Source: Enterobacteria phage HK620
Length of the DNA: 38,297 nt
Sequence record: NC_002730.1
Strand: one strand, 5' to 3'
Shown piece by piece: positions 1 to 8,012 of this stretch. How positions within the stretch are numbered: the first letter of the stretch is position 1; each line of letters starts with the position of its first letter. Position numbers and translations under genes: made by a program. A model generated the notes under the pieces. It saw only the letters and a program-made list of their open reading frames with translations, was not told the DNA's origin and searched no databases.

Positions 1-49
1 TGCACTGGATTGCAAGGTTTTGTTTCTATCAGATAGTGGTTAAGGTGGA

Positions 50-1243
50 TCACTCTACCTTTTCATCAAGCCAGTCCGCCCACCACTGCATCATTTCTCT
101 GCGCTTATCGAGATACTGAGCATGGTTGTAAATCCCACGCACAGATCCGCCGTTGGCATGTGCCAGTTGCACTTCAATAGCGTCAGCAGGCCATTCGTGC
201 TCGTTCATAATTGTGCTGAATTCATGCCTGAATCCGTGACCGCTTTCCAGACCCTCATAGCCGATTTGTTTGATCACAAGTAATACCGCGTTCTCGCAGA
301 TTGGCTTTTTCTTATCGTTGCGCCCGGCAAAAACAAACTCTGATACTGGTTTGGTGATTGAGCTTAGCGTAGTGAGAAGTTCAACTACCTGGTCTGACAT
401 AGGAACCACATGAATTTTGCGTCCCTTCATCACACTGGCGTCGATGGTGATAATCCTGTTTTCAAAATCGACGTTCTTCCATTGCATGGAACGAAGCTCT
501 TTCGTTCTTAGGGCGGTGTAGCGTAAAATTTTAGTAGCAATGAGCGATACGATACTTCCTGAAAATGTTGCAAGTGCTTTGTTGAATGCCGGGATCTGGT
601 CTGCTGGAAGAAACGGGAAGTTCTTCTTGCGGTATCCTTTCATGGCGTCTGCAAGGTCAGGTGCCGGGTTATATTTAGCCCTTCCAGTGACAATAGCGTA
701 ACGGAAAACCTCTCCGCATCTTCTGCGTGCTTTGTTGGCTCGCTCCATTGCACCGCGATCTTCAAATCTGCGGATTACTTCCAGCAGTTGCATCGGCTCA
801 ATATCCTGAATTTCAAGGCCGCCGATGATAGGTAAAATGTCGTCATCAAACATTTTTGCAAGTTCAGTCGCATACCCTACTGACCATACTTGCTTCTTGT
901 GCTCGTACCATTCCTTGTAAATCGCACTAAAGGAATTGTTGTTAGACGGAGCCTTTTTCGCCTTTACCGGATCGATGCCAACCGAGATGTCTTTCCTCGC
1001 GGCCCATGCTTTATCTCTTGCCTCCTGCAAAGTCATTAGCGGATATTTTCCTACGGTCAGGATTTTCTCCTTACCGTCAATCTTGTAGCGAAGCTGCCAT
1101 ACCTTTTTCCCTGATACAGGGACATAAAGGTACAGGCCATTACTATCGAGTAGGCGGTATGGTTTTTCTTTCGGCTTAGCTGCTTCAATCTGCTTAACGG
1201 TGAGCATGGGTAAAAATCCGGTGGGTAAAATTATTTTATCCAC
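50..1243 (-). CDS. int: tyrosine site-specific integrase (P4-type, N-terminal arm-binding domain plus C-terminal catalytic domain)
   Basis: 397-aa ORF; C-terminal region has recombinase-like R, HxxR (HGFRHEF) and Y (GIYNHAQY) motifs; GTG start; next to att-like sequences. Confidence 0.9.
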   Translation of the reverse strand: MDKIILPTGFLPMLTVKQIEAAKPKEKPYRLLDSNGLYLYVPVSGKKVWQLRYKIDGKEKILTVGKYPLMTLQEARDKAWAARKDISVGIDPVKAKKAPSNNNSFSAIYKEWYEHKKQVWSVGYATELAKMFDDDILPIIGGLEIQDIEPMQLLEVIRRFEDRGAMERANKARRRCGEVFRYAIVTGRAKYNPAPDLADAMKGYRKKNFPFLPADQIPAFNKALATFSGSIVSLIATKILRYTALRTKELRSMQWKNVDFENRIITIDASVMKGRKIHVVPMSDQVVELLTTLSSITKPVSEFVFAGRNDKKKPICENAVLLVIKQIGYEGLESGHGFRHEFSTIMNEHEWPADAIEVQLAHANGGSVRGIYNHAQYLDKRREMMQWWADWLDEKVE

Positions 1244-1252
1244 TTTTTACCC
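1208..1252. repeat. three copies of 8-mer GGGTAAAA/TTTTACCC (1208-1215, 1223-1230, inverted 1245-1252) overlapping the int 5' end; candidate integrase arm-type or accessory-factor sites
   Basis: Repeats read directly from sequence; same 8-mer recurs at 1443-1462. Confidence 0.4.
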
Positions 1253-1368
1253 GTCATGGAGTGCGGCTGTCAACGATCTGACGCGAACCATTACGAACTG
1301 CGAATCTACGGAAGGCTTGATATTCAGGGGATTTTACGGACTGGTACGGATTGGAGCGAACTGATAAA

Positions 1369-1383
1369 TGGTGTCCCCTGCAG
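1369..1383 (-). other. putative attP core: 15 nt matching the 3' end of tRNA-Arg (argW-type), CTGCAGGGGACACCA on the minus strand
   Basis: Lies between int and the excisionase gene, flanked by arm-type repeats; match to the tRNA 3' end is from memory. Confidence 0.45.
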
Positions 1384-1442
1384 ACATCTACTTGAAGCAG
1401 CAGGGGATTGATTGGAATGGTGTTTTTTAGATGTGAGAAATA

Positions 1443-1462
1443 TTTTACCCGCTATTTTACCC
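1443..1462. repeat. two TTTTACCC repeats (1443-1450, 1455-1462) at the excisionase gene 3' end
   Basis: Same 8-mer as the repeats at the int start, opposite side of the putative core. Confidence 0.4.
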
Positions 1463-1657
1463 ATTGGCGCGGCTTAAGAGCTTATTTTTGAATTCACAAT
1501 GGTCACGATATAACCATCTTGCTCGACCGTGGATAACTTTGGCTTTTGGCAGGTCGCCGGACTTAATCCGGTCATAGATGAAGGTTTTACCGAAGCCAGT
1601 ATCGGCCATGATGAATTTCAAATCAACCAGTGAATCAGGCTGTAGTTCGTGTTGCAT
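1457..1657 (-). CDS. xis: excisionase / recombination directionality factor, TorI/AlpA-like winged-helix protein
   Basis: 66-aa ORF (MQHELQPDSLVDLKFIMADTGFGKTFIYDRIKSGDLPKAKVIHGRARWLY...) with the AlpA/TorI pattern; adjacent to int and att. Confidence 0.8.
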   Translation of the reverse strand: MQHELQPDSLVDLKFIMADTGFGKTFIYDRIKSGDLPKAKVIHGRARWLYRDHCEFKNKLLSRANG

Positions 1658-1676
1658 GAGTGCTATCTCCGAATAG

Positions 1677-1692
1677 GGAATCGAACCTGCAA
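1677..1692 (-). other. tRNA T-arm-like fragment (minus strand TTGCAGGTTCGATTCC), matches the argW-type T-stem/loop then diverges
   Basis: GGTTCGATTCC T-loop signature read from sequence; not a complete tRNA (no acceptor stem or CCA follows). Confidence 0.4.
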
Positions 1693-1701
1693 ATCAGGCA
1701 A

Positions 1702-1726
1702 TAAAAAACCGCCATCAGGCGGCTTG
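1702..1726 (-). terminator. rho-independent terminator at the distal end of the leftward early operon
   Basis: Minus strand GC-rich hairpin (GCCGCC-TGAT-GGCGGT) followed by a T-run. Confidence 0.5.
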
Positions 1727-1788
1727 GTGTTCTTTCAGTTCTTCAATTCGAATATTGGTTACATTGTTTTCATATATGAATAAATAAA

Positions 1789-2001
1789 TTAGCTTTTTTC
1801 GTTGCCTTCGCTTTCTTTATTAATTTTAACAAACTCGTTTTTACCACGCTCTCCAAATGCGTCTTTAGAGTCGTTGTATCCGCAATCGCAGCACACATAA
1901 TCACCAGACCATCCACGCATTGTTTTTTCTTTTGCAATATTTCCAGAACCGCATTTTGGACAAGACATATCACTACCTCCAAAGCATGAGTGAGATGACA
2001 A
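1789..2001 (-). CDS. small zinc-ribbon protein (CPKCGS...CCDCGY), unknown function
   Basis: 70-aa ORF with two CxxC pairs; preferred over the overlapping 115-aa ORF in another frame. Confidence 0.5.
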   Translation of the reverse strand: MSSHSCFGGSDMSCPKCGSGNIAKEKTMRGWSGDYVCCDCGYNDSKDAFGERGKNEFVKINKESEGNEKS

Positions 2002-2064
2002 CGTAACATTGATTGGAGATTAACAATAGATTGCTGATGTAAAAGATATGTATAAGCTTCGCTT

Positions 2065-2598
2065 TCAAAGTGGAGGCTCTGGTAGCGGCATCCAGTGTGA
2101 CGGTTTCCACGACGCACCAGGAATTATCCACCCATCATTAGCGTCAGGATGACCCGGGATGTAAGTCGCCCATTTCATTCGCCAGTCACCTTTCCTGTCA
2201 AACTCCACGGCAACAAGAACGGCTGTTTTGGTATCCGGCATTCGATCACTACAGCTTATCCAACCATCCGGAGTTACCGGAGAGTTGCCATTTACATCGA
2301 AGTTTGGCTCTGCGTCCTGAACCAGGAGGATGTAACCATTCTTGGCAGTATCAAGTTCTAACGCCTCGGTGACGGTACCGAAATAGCGATTACCTAAATC
2401 CGCATCACAAGTGCTTACATCAATGGAAACCTCCATGCCTTCGATTAATTCTGGCAAGTTGTAAGTTTGGCTTACAGGTTCTGCTCCCAGTGATGCCAGT
2501 GCAATCCGTGCCACTTCCATTTGTTCGCCACGGGTAAGCCCGTTATCAAGCGGATTTTTAATGAATAATTCGATACGTTCTTTGGTAATAGTGGTCAT
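2065..2598 (-). CDS. EaA-like early accessory protein with C-terminal DUF551-type domain
   Basis: 177-aa ORF; Trp-rich C-terminal segment (DGWISCSDRMPD...GDWRMKW...HWMPLPEPP) typical of the DUF551 family. Confidence 0.65.
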   Translation of the reverse strand: MTTITKERIELFIKNPLDNGLTRGEQMEVARIALASLGAEPVSQTYNLPELIEGMEVSIDVSTCDADLGNRYFGTVTEALELDTAKNGYILLVQDAEPNFDVNGNSPVTPDGWISCSDRMPDTKTAVLVAVEFDRKGDWRMKWATYIPGHPDANDGWIIPGASWKPSHWMPLPEPPL

Positions 2599-2600
2599 AG

Positions 2601-2792
2601 CTATTTCACCTTAATCTCAACATTTCGCAGCTTTAGCTCTACTGGCAGGTCTGACTTTCCTGTTAATGCTAATGCGAGATTTTCTGGGGTAATGAGAGCA
2701 GTTATTGCTTTCCCCATTGCCAGACGAATAATTATTCGTATTTCGCGATCGTCACATGCTCCTGGTCGAACGATTGATATTTGTCCGTCCAT
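2601..2792 (-). CDS. hypothetical small protein
   Basis: 63-aa ORF tightly packed between neighbouring minus-strand genes. Confidence 0.45.
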   Translation of the reverse strand: MDGQISIVRPGACDDREIRIIIRLAMGKAITALITPENLALALTGKSDLPVELKLRNVEIKVK

Positions 2793-2793
2793 C

Positions 2794-3510
2794 TCACTCT
2801 CCTTTGATGCGAATGCCAGCGGCGCGGATTGCAGCGATGACTTCAGAAACTTTGTATGCCATTACCGTTTGGTAATCATCGTGAAAATCTGTTCGATGAA
2901 GCATGCTGCTACGTTCTGGGAGCAGTATTTCCCGATCCTCCAGTTCTGCAATGCGCTTCTCTGCGGCTTCCAGCTTCTCGCGCATATCGTCAACGTACTC
3001 GACCAGAGAACCGCCAGCAGGAATTTCGCACTCCTCGACCAGTTGGAAGTAGATATCAGCTGCGGCCCGTGTGTTGCTATGCCTAGCGTCGCCCATCTCA
3101 CCTTCACGAAGAGCATCGCGTTCGGCGGTAAGATTGGCTATTTTGCTGTCTTTGCCTTCCAGCTCAACGCGCAGCCTCCCTACCGTTAGCGCAATTTCCT
3201 CGTTCTCCTGGTCGCGGCGTTTGATGTATTGCTGTTTTCTTTCCAGCTCATCCAGCAGCGCCAAGACGGTAGCAGGATTGGCTGCGGCGATGAATTCAGC
3301 ATTGGCCTGCTGTTCCATTTGGAAATCTTCATCGAAACCGCTTTCTGGGTGCGCTCCTTCAATTCTGCAAATGGGAAGATATCCAACAACTTCACGATGA
3401 ATTAGCGCATCATCAGCATCAAATCTCTCCTCTCCATATTCGAGCGACCACACACCACTCGTTGCTTTCTCTGCCTTTTCACGCAGTGCCTGATAGTCAA
3501 TCTTGCTCAC
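2794..3510 (-). CDS. Ead/Ea22-like family protein
   Basis: 238-aa ORF; N-terminus [22 protein letters not shown] and coiled-coil middle typical of Ea22-like proteins. Confidence 0.7.
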   Translation of the reverse strand: MSKIDYQALREKAEKATSGVWSLEYGEERFDADDALIHREVVGYLPICRIEGAHPESGFDEDFQMEQQANAEFIAAANPATVLALLDELERKQQYIKRRDQENEEIALTVGRLRVELEGKDSKIANLTAERDALREGEMGDARHSNTRAAADIYFQLVEECEIPAGGSLVEYVDDMREKLEAAEKRIAELEDREILLPERSSMLHRTDFHDDYQTVMAYKVSEVIAAIRAAGIRIKGE

Positions 3511-4007
3511 TGGCTGCCTCCTTTGCGAAGCTGGTCGGCGAACAAACGTACACTAGACGCTTCACTGCGTAGAAACTTAACGGCATAATCAAAACCACCT
3601 CGTTCTGCGTCGTCTGCTACGTTGTCGAGGTTATCTGCGTACATCTCTACCCCCTGCGCCCGTACTTCAGCCAGGAAAGCGTCGGTAGTTGGGGTTTCAG
3701 TAACATCATCTTCCCATTCGCTAAACTCCTCACGACAAAAGTCATTAAATTCCTTCTCAGATTGCTTAAGCGAGGTATTTTCAGCAGCCATCTTCGCGCA
3801 TTTAGCCTCAAGGTTATCAATCGTGATTCCAGCAGAACGACACTCCCGCAACGCCGTTTCCAGTTTTGATTCAAGTTCACCGAACTTACGCACCAGATAT
3901 TCAGCGTTTGTTTCGTTAACCTTTAAATCTCGTGGGAAGCATTTACCTTTCAGAAAACCATCCATCTCAATTAGTGACATTTGTTTCATTTCTTCCCACT
4001 CCGCCAC
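3507..4007 (-). CDS. hypothetical acidic coiled-coil protein
   Basis: 166-aa ORF, overlapping start/stop with neighbours, same operon. Confidence 0.6.
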   Translation of the reverse strand: MAEWEEMKQMSLIEMDGFLKGKCFPRDLKVNETNAEYLVRKFGELESKLETALRECRSAGITIDNLEAKCAKMAAENTSLKQSEKEFNDFCREEFSEWEDDVTETPTTDAFLAEVRAQGVEMYADNLDNVADDAERGGFDYAVKFLRSEASSVRLFADQLRKGGSQ

Positions 4008-4167
4008 ATAGCATTCAGATATTTGTTTTGATTCACTGATGGAAAAGAATTTCTCTTAAGCAATTCTTCTCTCGATGGCATTGGCTTTACGCGTTGGCGA
4101 ATAATCATTTCTGCCGGAAGAATGCCGGGATTGTATGCAAGTCCTCTCATGGTAAATTCCTCAGTCA
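3986..4167 (-). CDS. hypothetical small protein, translationally coupled to the upstream gene
   Basis: Internal ATG ([15 protein letters not shown]...) overlaps the upstream stop in an ATGA arrangement. Confidence 0.45.
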
Positions 4168-4457
4168 TTACTGATAGCGCCATAGCGTGAGTGGTAATTA
4201 CGCAGGCGCGGGTCGATATATTCAGGGAAGTGGGTATATGTGGCTTTGCGGAATGGTCGGATTGATGTCTGGTAAATTCGCTCGCGTTCTTCTTTCTCTG
4301 CAAGCCATATACAATGGCGAAATTCCTTTTCCTCTTTCGTTTCCTGCGGTAGCGACATTATCCGATCGTAGTTTTTTCTGAATTTATCCAGCACCTCCGA
4401 TACGGAATTGCCGGAACAGCGGAGTGGGTCATCCGCACCATACAGAGGCGCTGGCAT
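4161..4457 (-). CDS. hypothetical protein
   Basis: 98-aa ORF in the early-left operon. Confidence 0.5.
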   Translation of the reverse strand: MPAPLYGADDPLRCSGNSVSEVLDKFRKNYDRIMSLPQETKEEKEFRHCIWLAEKEERERIYQTSIRPFRKATYTHFPEYIDPRLRNYHSRYGAISND

Positions 4458-4480
4458 AATGGGAGCCTTATTTTCAGTAA

Positions 4481-5068
4481 TCAGAAAGGAGGGTAATCGT
4501 TCTGGCTGTAACCATAATCATCTGCATGATTCTGGCTTACGTTTTTAGAGCGATTGTCTTTATCTTTGAGGCTGGCAACCATGTTGGCGATAGTTTCTGG
4601 TTGCTTGCCTACCGCCTTTTCTTTAAGGGTTTGACCTGTTTGTGCAATAAACGGGATGCGTATTTCCATCTGGTAGCTGTCTGCGCCAGTCTTTTTGTTT
4701 GTGGTTAATACTTTCTGGAGCACTAACCCGATTTTCTTTCCATGAAATTCAGGAGCAACAAATTTACTGGCGGAAACCATATGTTGCGTTAATTGTCCAA
4801 TCCCGGCACACCCCATCATGGCGTGGACGACATTTGCGCCAAATTTATTTTCCGTTCCGTCATTTTTCTGAACACAAACGCTAAGATATTGGATTTTACG
4901 TCCGTCGTCGGATTCGCCAGAAAACTCAATAAATTTGGCTCCTTTTTCTGATTGCTTTAGTTCTGCTTCAGTAATGGTAATGATATGAGCGCCAGTTTCG
5001 TTAATAAAACCACCTTGCCCTGCGGTCAGTGCTGCTTCTTCGTTATAAGTAAAAATCACGTTGCTCAT
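4481..5068 (-). CDS. DUF669-family protein, likely ssDNA-binding partner of Sak4
   Basis: 195-aa ORF immediately downstream of, and overlapping, the Sak4-like gene. Confidence 0.6.
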   Translation of the reverse strand: MSNVIFTYNEEAALTAGQGGFINETGAHIITITEAELKQSEKGAKFIEFSGESDDGRKIQYLSVCVQKNDGTENKFGANVVHAMMGCAGIGQLTQHMVSASKFVAPEFHGKKIGLVLQKVLTTNKKTGADSYQMEIRIPFIAQTGQTLKEKAVGKQPETIANMVASLKDKDNRSKNVSQNHADDYGYSQNDYPPF

Positions 5069-5745
5069 GCGGCGTTTTCCTTAATTTGATGAACATTATT
5101 GATGCCGTAGTAATCACAAACAGTGGCATCGACGAAAGAGAGATCGTTATCAATCTCATTGGAGTCAAACATTCCCATTGGGGATTTAACAGTGTCTGCA
5201 CCGTTGTTTTTTGTGGTGAAAAAGAACTGGTCATCACGGGTAAGGGTGCGAAGAACTATAGTAAACATGCCTTCGACAGTGATTTTCTCGTCCAGCATTT
5301 TGCCGATAGTTTTCATTTTCACGCGCCCCATAGGGGTTTCTTCGGTGTGTGCAAGAAAATAGACTCTCAGGTCATCAGGTGCATCCTGTGCAGCCTTAAT
5401 CACCTCCCATGCGTGGCGGCCTATCTCAGTAAATTTATCAAACGATTTTTCTTCTGAGCGGCGCATAAACTCATTGCTCATCACATACTGGAAGTCATCA
5501 ACAATAACGATTCTTTTCCCGTATTCGTGAGCACGCTTAATTACGGCAACTATTACGTCCCATTTGTCAGTGGTAACTACGGTTCCTTTTTTTGCTCTGG
5601 CATCCCATGCCAGCCATTCTTTTGATTTAAAAGGTAGCGGCTTGCCTATTGGTTTTATAAGTATTGCTTCCTCTGGATTGATATTTCTCATGCTGGTTGA
5701 TTTTCCGGTGCCAGATTCACCGAGTATTAATGTCGCAGTTCCCAT
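5065..5745 (-). CDS. Sak4-like RecA-family recombination ATPase (AAA_24)
   Basis: 226-aa ORF with Walker A ILGESGTGKST near the N-terminus; sits where lambdoid phages carry recombination genes. Confidence 0.8.
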   Translation of the reverse strand: MGTATLILGESGTGKSTSMRNINPEEAILIKPIGKPLPFKSKEWLAWDARAKKGTVVTTDKWDVIVAVIKRAHEYGKRIVIVDDFQYVMSNEFMRRSEEKSFDKFTEIGRHAWEVIKAAQDAPDDLRVYFLAHTEETPMGRVKMKTIGKMLDEKITVEGMFTIVLRTLTRDDQFFFTTKNNGADTVKSPMGMFDSNEIDNDLSFVDATVCDYYGINNVHQIKENAA

Positions 5746-5753
5746 AATTTGCC

Positions 5754-5954
5754 TCAGAATGGTAATTCGGATGGGACGGAAAGAAATTCGCGCTCATTCA
5801 TGCGCTCTCTTTGAGCCTGCCATAAACAAAGTTGTTTCTTTGATTTATCTCCCGCTTTACGCCAGTAACGAGCCTCAGCAATGTGATATTCTCTTTTTAA
5901 TCGACTTAATTCTGGAGTTTTCGCCAGTTCTACCGGAATCATTTTGACCTCCAT
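5754..5954 (-). CDS. hypothetical small protein
   Basis: 66-aa ORF between kil-like and Sak4-like genes. Confidence 0.45.
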   Translation of the reverse strand: MEVKMIPVELAKTPELSRLKREYHIAEARYWRKAGDKSKKQLCLWQAQRERMNEREFLSVPSELPF

Positions 5955-6052
5955 TTTCTGTAGGCTTCGATGGCCTCACGAAACATCTTTTCATCGCCAA
6001 TAAAAGTGGCGATAGTGAATTTAGTCTGGATAGCCATAAGTGTTTTATCCAT
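5939..6052 (-). CDS. kil: Kil-like host cell-division inhibitor peptide
   Basis: Internal ATG gives MDKTLMAIQTKFTIATFIGDEKMFREAIEAYRKW..., resembling lambda Kil from memory; directly downstream of cIII. Confidence 0.55.
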   Translation of the reverse strand: MDKTLMAIQTKFTIATFIGDEKMFREAIEAYRKWRSK

Positions 6053-6185
6053 TTTTGGGAACTCCTGGCTGATTAAGTACGTCGATGAGTCGTTTCCATC
6101 CGTCACGTAATTTACGGGTGATTCGTTCAAGTAAAGATTCGGAAGGGCAGCCAGCAACAGGCCACCCTGCAATGGCATATTGCAT
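6045..6185 (-). CDS. cIII: CIII, FtsH protease inhibitor
   Basis: MQYAIAGWPVAGCPSESLLERITRKLRDGWKRLIDVLNQPGVPKNG is near-identical to lambda CIII as I recall it. Confidence 0.75.
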   Translation of the reverse strand: MQYAIAGWPVAGCPSESLLERITRKLRDGWKRLIDVLNQPGVPKNG

Positions 6186-6334
6186 GGTGTGCTCCTTATT
6201 TATACATAACGGAAAACGCCTCTCGTGAAGCGTTATTGGTATGCATATAAAAAGGCCCTCACATTGGAGGGCAAAGAAGATTTCCAATAATCAGAACAAG
6301 TCGGCTCCTGTTTAGTTACGAGCGACATTGCTCC

Positions 6335-6362
6335 GTGTATTCACTCATTGGAATGAATACAC
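6335..6362. promoter_or_regulatory. perfect 9-bp inverted repeat GTGTATTCA-N10-TGAATACAC
   Basis: Read directly from sequence in the intergenic region between cIII and the counter-oriented gene. Confidence 0.4.
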
Positions 6363-6482
6363 AGTGCAGTGTTTATTCGTATGCCTGTCTTTTAACCACA
6401 TCAGGCTCGGTGGTTCTCGTGTACCCCTACAGCGAGAAAAATAGTAAAATCCTCTTACCCCTACAGTAAGAGAGTAATTTAT

Positions 6483-6977
6483 ATGGATGTGTTATCTGGT
6501 ATAACTGCCGCGAAACAGGCTTATGATCTGCTGAAGACAATAAAAGAAACCAGAGACGATGCTGTTATCGCTAAAGCTATTGGTGATCTACACCAAAGAA
6601 TAACTGACTTACAGATGCTTAATGCGGAGCTCTCTGGCCTTTATCAGGCCGAGAAGGAGATCGCAATGAAGCTTCGAGATGAAAATAGAAAAATCAAGAT
6701 GTTTGTTGTGCAAGCTGAGAATTATGAACTTCATACAACTGAAGGTGGTTCTGTCGTGTATCGACCTAAGAGTCATTCCGATCATTCTATTCAGCAGCAT
6801 AACCTTTGTGCACATTGCTTCGGCGAACATAAAATATCGATACTTCAACCAAGCACGGTTACTATAAAATCTAATGGATTCTTTGTGCATTCATGTCCTC
6901 GCTGTAAGAATGAATACCGGATGTATAGAGCGCCAGACCCTAAGCCTGTATATGTACCGCCGCTGACAAATTATTAA
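6483..6977 (+). CDS. hypothetical protein: N-terminal coiled coil, C-terminal zinc ribbon (CAHC...CPRC); oriented against the leftward operon
   Basis: 164-aa ORF with ATG start; lower GC than neighbours; preceded by palindromes and direct repeats. Confidence 0.6.
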   Translation: MDVLSGITAAKQAYDLLKTIKETRDDAVIAKAIGDLHQRITDLQMLNAELSGLYQAEKEIAMKLRDENRKIKMFVVQAENYELHTTEGGSVVYRPKSHSDHSIQQHNLCAHCFGEHKISILQPSTVTIKSNGFFVHSCPRCKNEYRMYRAPDPKPVYVPPLTNY

Positions 6978-7007
6978 TTTTATTCCTGAAATGGCCTCTT
7001 CACCCCC

Positions 7008-7370
7008 TTACTTTGTCAGGGGGATATCTCCTTCAGTTTTGACCATTCGCCTTAATACTTTCCTTAAGTCGATGTAAAGTTGAAGGTCTCCATTTGCTGC
7101 GGCATCAGCCATTTTTTGCCTGACAAGCAGTAATGTTTCATACGGCTCAATAAGAATATCGTCATGAGTAATTAGGTGAAGCGTTGCCGCATCAACTATT
7201 CCTAGAGCTGCGCCAAGTATCAAAAATTCCCTGCTATTTTTGTCGCATGAGGAGATAAGCGTATTTAGCGCATACCTAATATTCTTTATAGCTGTTGTTA
7301 ATGCTGCAATTTCTTCTATGGCGTCTTCTCCAATGAGCTTTTTAAGCTCATATTTTTCTTCCTGACCCAT
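7008..7370 (-). CDS. hypothetical protein, translationally coupled to N
   Basis: ATG at 7370 with GAGG ribosome-binding site overlapping the N stop (gaggTAAttATG); 120 aa. Confidence 0.55.
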   Translation of the reverse strand: MGQEEKYELKKLIGEDAIEEIAALTTAIKNIRYALNTLISSCDKNSREFLILGAALGIVDAATLHLITHDDILIEPYETLLLVRQKMADAAANGDLQLYIDLRKVLRRMVKTEGDIPLTK

Positions 7371-7372
7371 AA

Positions 7373-7645
7373 TTACCTCGCCGTCAGTTGTTTTGATTTC
7401 CGGTAGCCTGCCGCGTAAATGGCTACGTTTGGCAGGCAAATACTTCCACTGCATTCTTCTGCCTTCTTGCAGCGAATGCTTCCGAGTGATGCTGCTTTAT
7501 CTGCTCTGACGCAACCAGAGAGCTTTAGCGCAATTTTTCGCGCCAGTCGCTGCTCTTGCATTGCCTGTTCACGTTGAGCCTGTCTGCGTGCTCTGCGGCG
7601 ATTTCTGGCGTTATCGTCAGCCAGATATGTAATGACTACTGTCAT
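7373..7645 (-). CDS. N: N-like transcription antiterminator with N-terminal arginine-rich motif
   Basis: 90-aa ORF with ARM (DNARNRRRARRQAQREQ); first gene after pL/nutL; GGAGG ribosome-binding site. Confidence 0.75.
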   Translation of the reverse strand: MTVVITYLADDNARNRRRARRQAQREQAMQEQRLARKIALKLSGCVRADKAASLGSIRCKKAEECSGSICLPNVAIYAAGYRKSKQLTAR

Positions 7646-7752
7646 GTTGACCTCCGATGATTGACTTTGGCGGTGACGCGCCGGGTGCTTATCTTCAGGT
7701 TGCCGTCGTGCAGCTGCACTTCACGTCACCCCAAAGCCAACTACTCTTTGGT

Positions 7753-7794
7753 TCCCGCATTTCGGCGGGACAATCCCATCAATGTTAAAGAGCC
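7753..7794 (-). promoter_or_regulatory. nutL: boxA-like GCTCTTTAAC plus boxB hairpin
   Basis: boxB is identical to the hairpin downstream of cro (UCCCGCCGAAAUGCGGGA). Confidence 0.55.
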
Positions 7795-7839
7795 TGCCAA
7801 TCTGTTCCGTTTGGCTTCCAGCGTCCTGCTGATGGCTAA

Positions 7840-7880
7840 AGAATACTGTAGGTATTTTATTGTGTAAATACCCAAGGTAT
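7840..7880 (-). promoter_or_regulatory. pL promoter (TTTACA-N17-TATTCT on minus strand) with two palindromic operators ATACTGTAGGTAT (7843-7855) and ATACCCAAGGTAT (7868-7880)
   Basis: 13-bp palindromes of type ATAC-N5-GTAT, 25 bp apart, overlapping -10 and -35; same family as the oR sites. Confidence 0.55.
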
Positions 7881-8012
7881 TTATTTTTGATGAAATAATG
7901 ATAAACAAATGAATACAAAGGATATTTATTTTTTCGCTGTCTGCTTGTTCAGTGATTTTTATGCGGGATATGTGAAGTGGATCCCGATAGCTATTGCTGC
8001 CGGGATTATGGG

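Noticed and set aside
1770-2117. 115-aa minus-strand ORF overlapping the zinc-ribbon ORF in another frame
   Set aside because: No recognisable motifs and it overlaps the start of the EaA-like gene; the 70-aa CxxC...CxxC ORF is the more plausible reading. Not fully excluded.
2149-4011. Several plus-strand ORFs (2149-2361, 2692-3189, 2856-3086, 3071-3400, 3622-4011) inside the minus-strand early operon
   Set aside because: They lie antisense within better-supported genes, have low-complexity Ser/Arg/Leu-rich translations and no ribosome-binding sites; treated as shadow ORFs.
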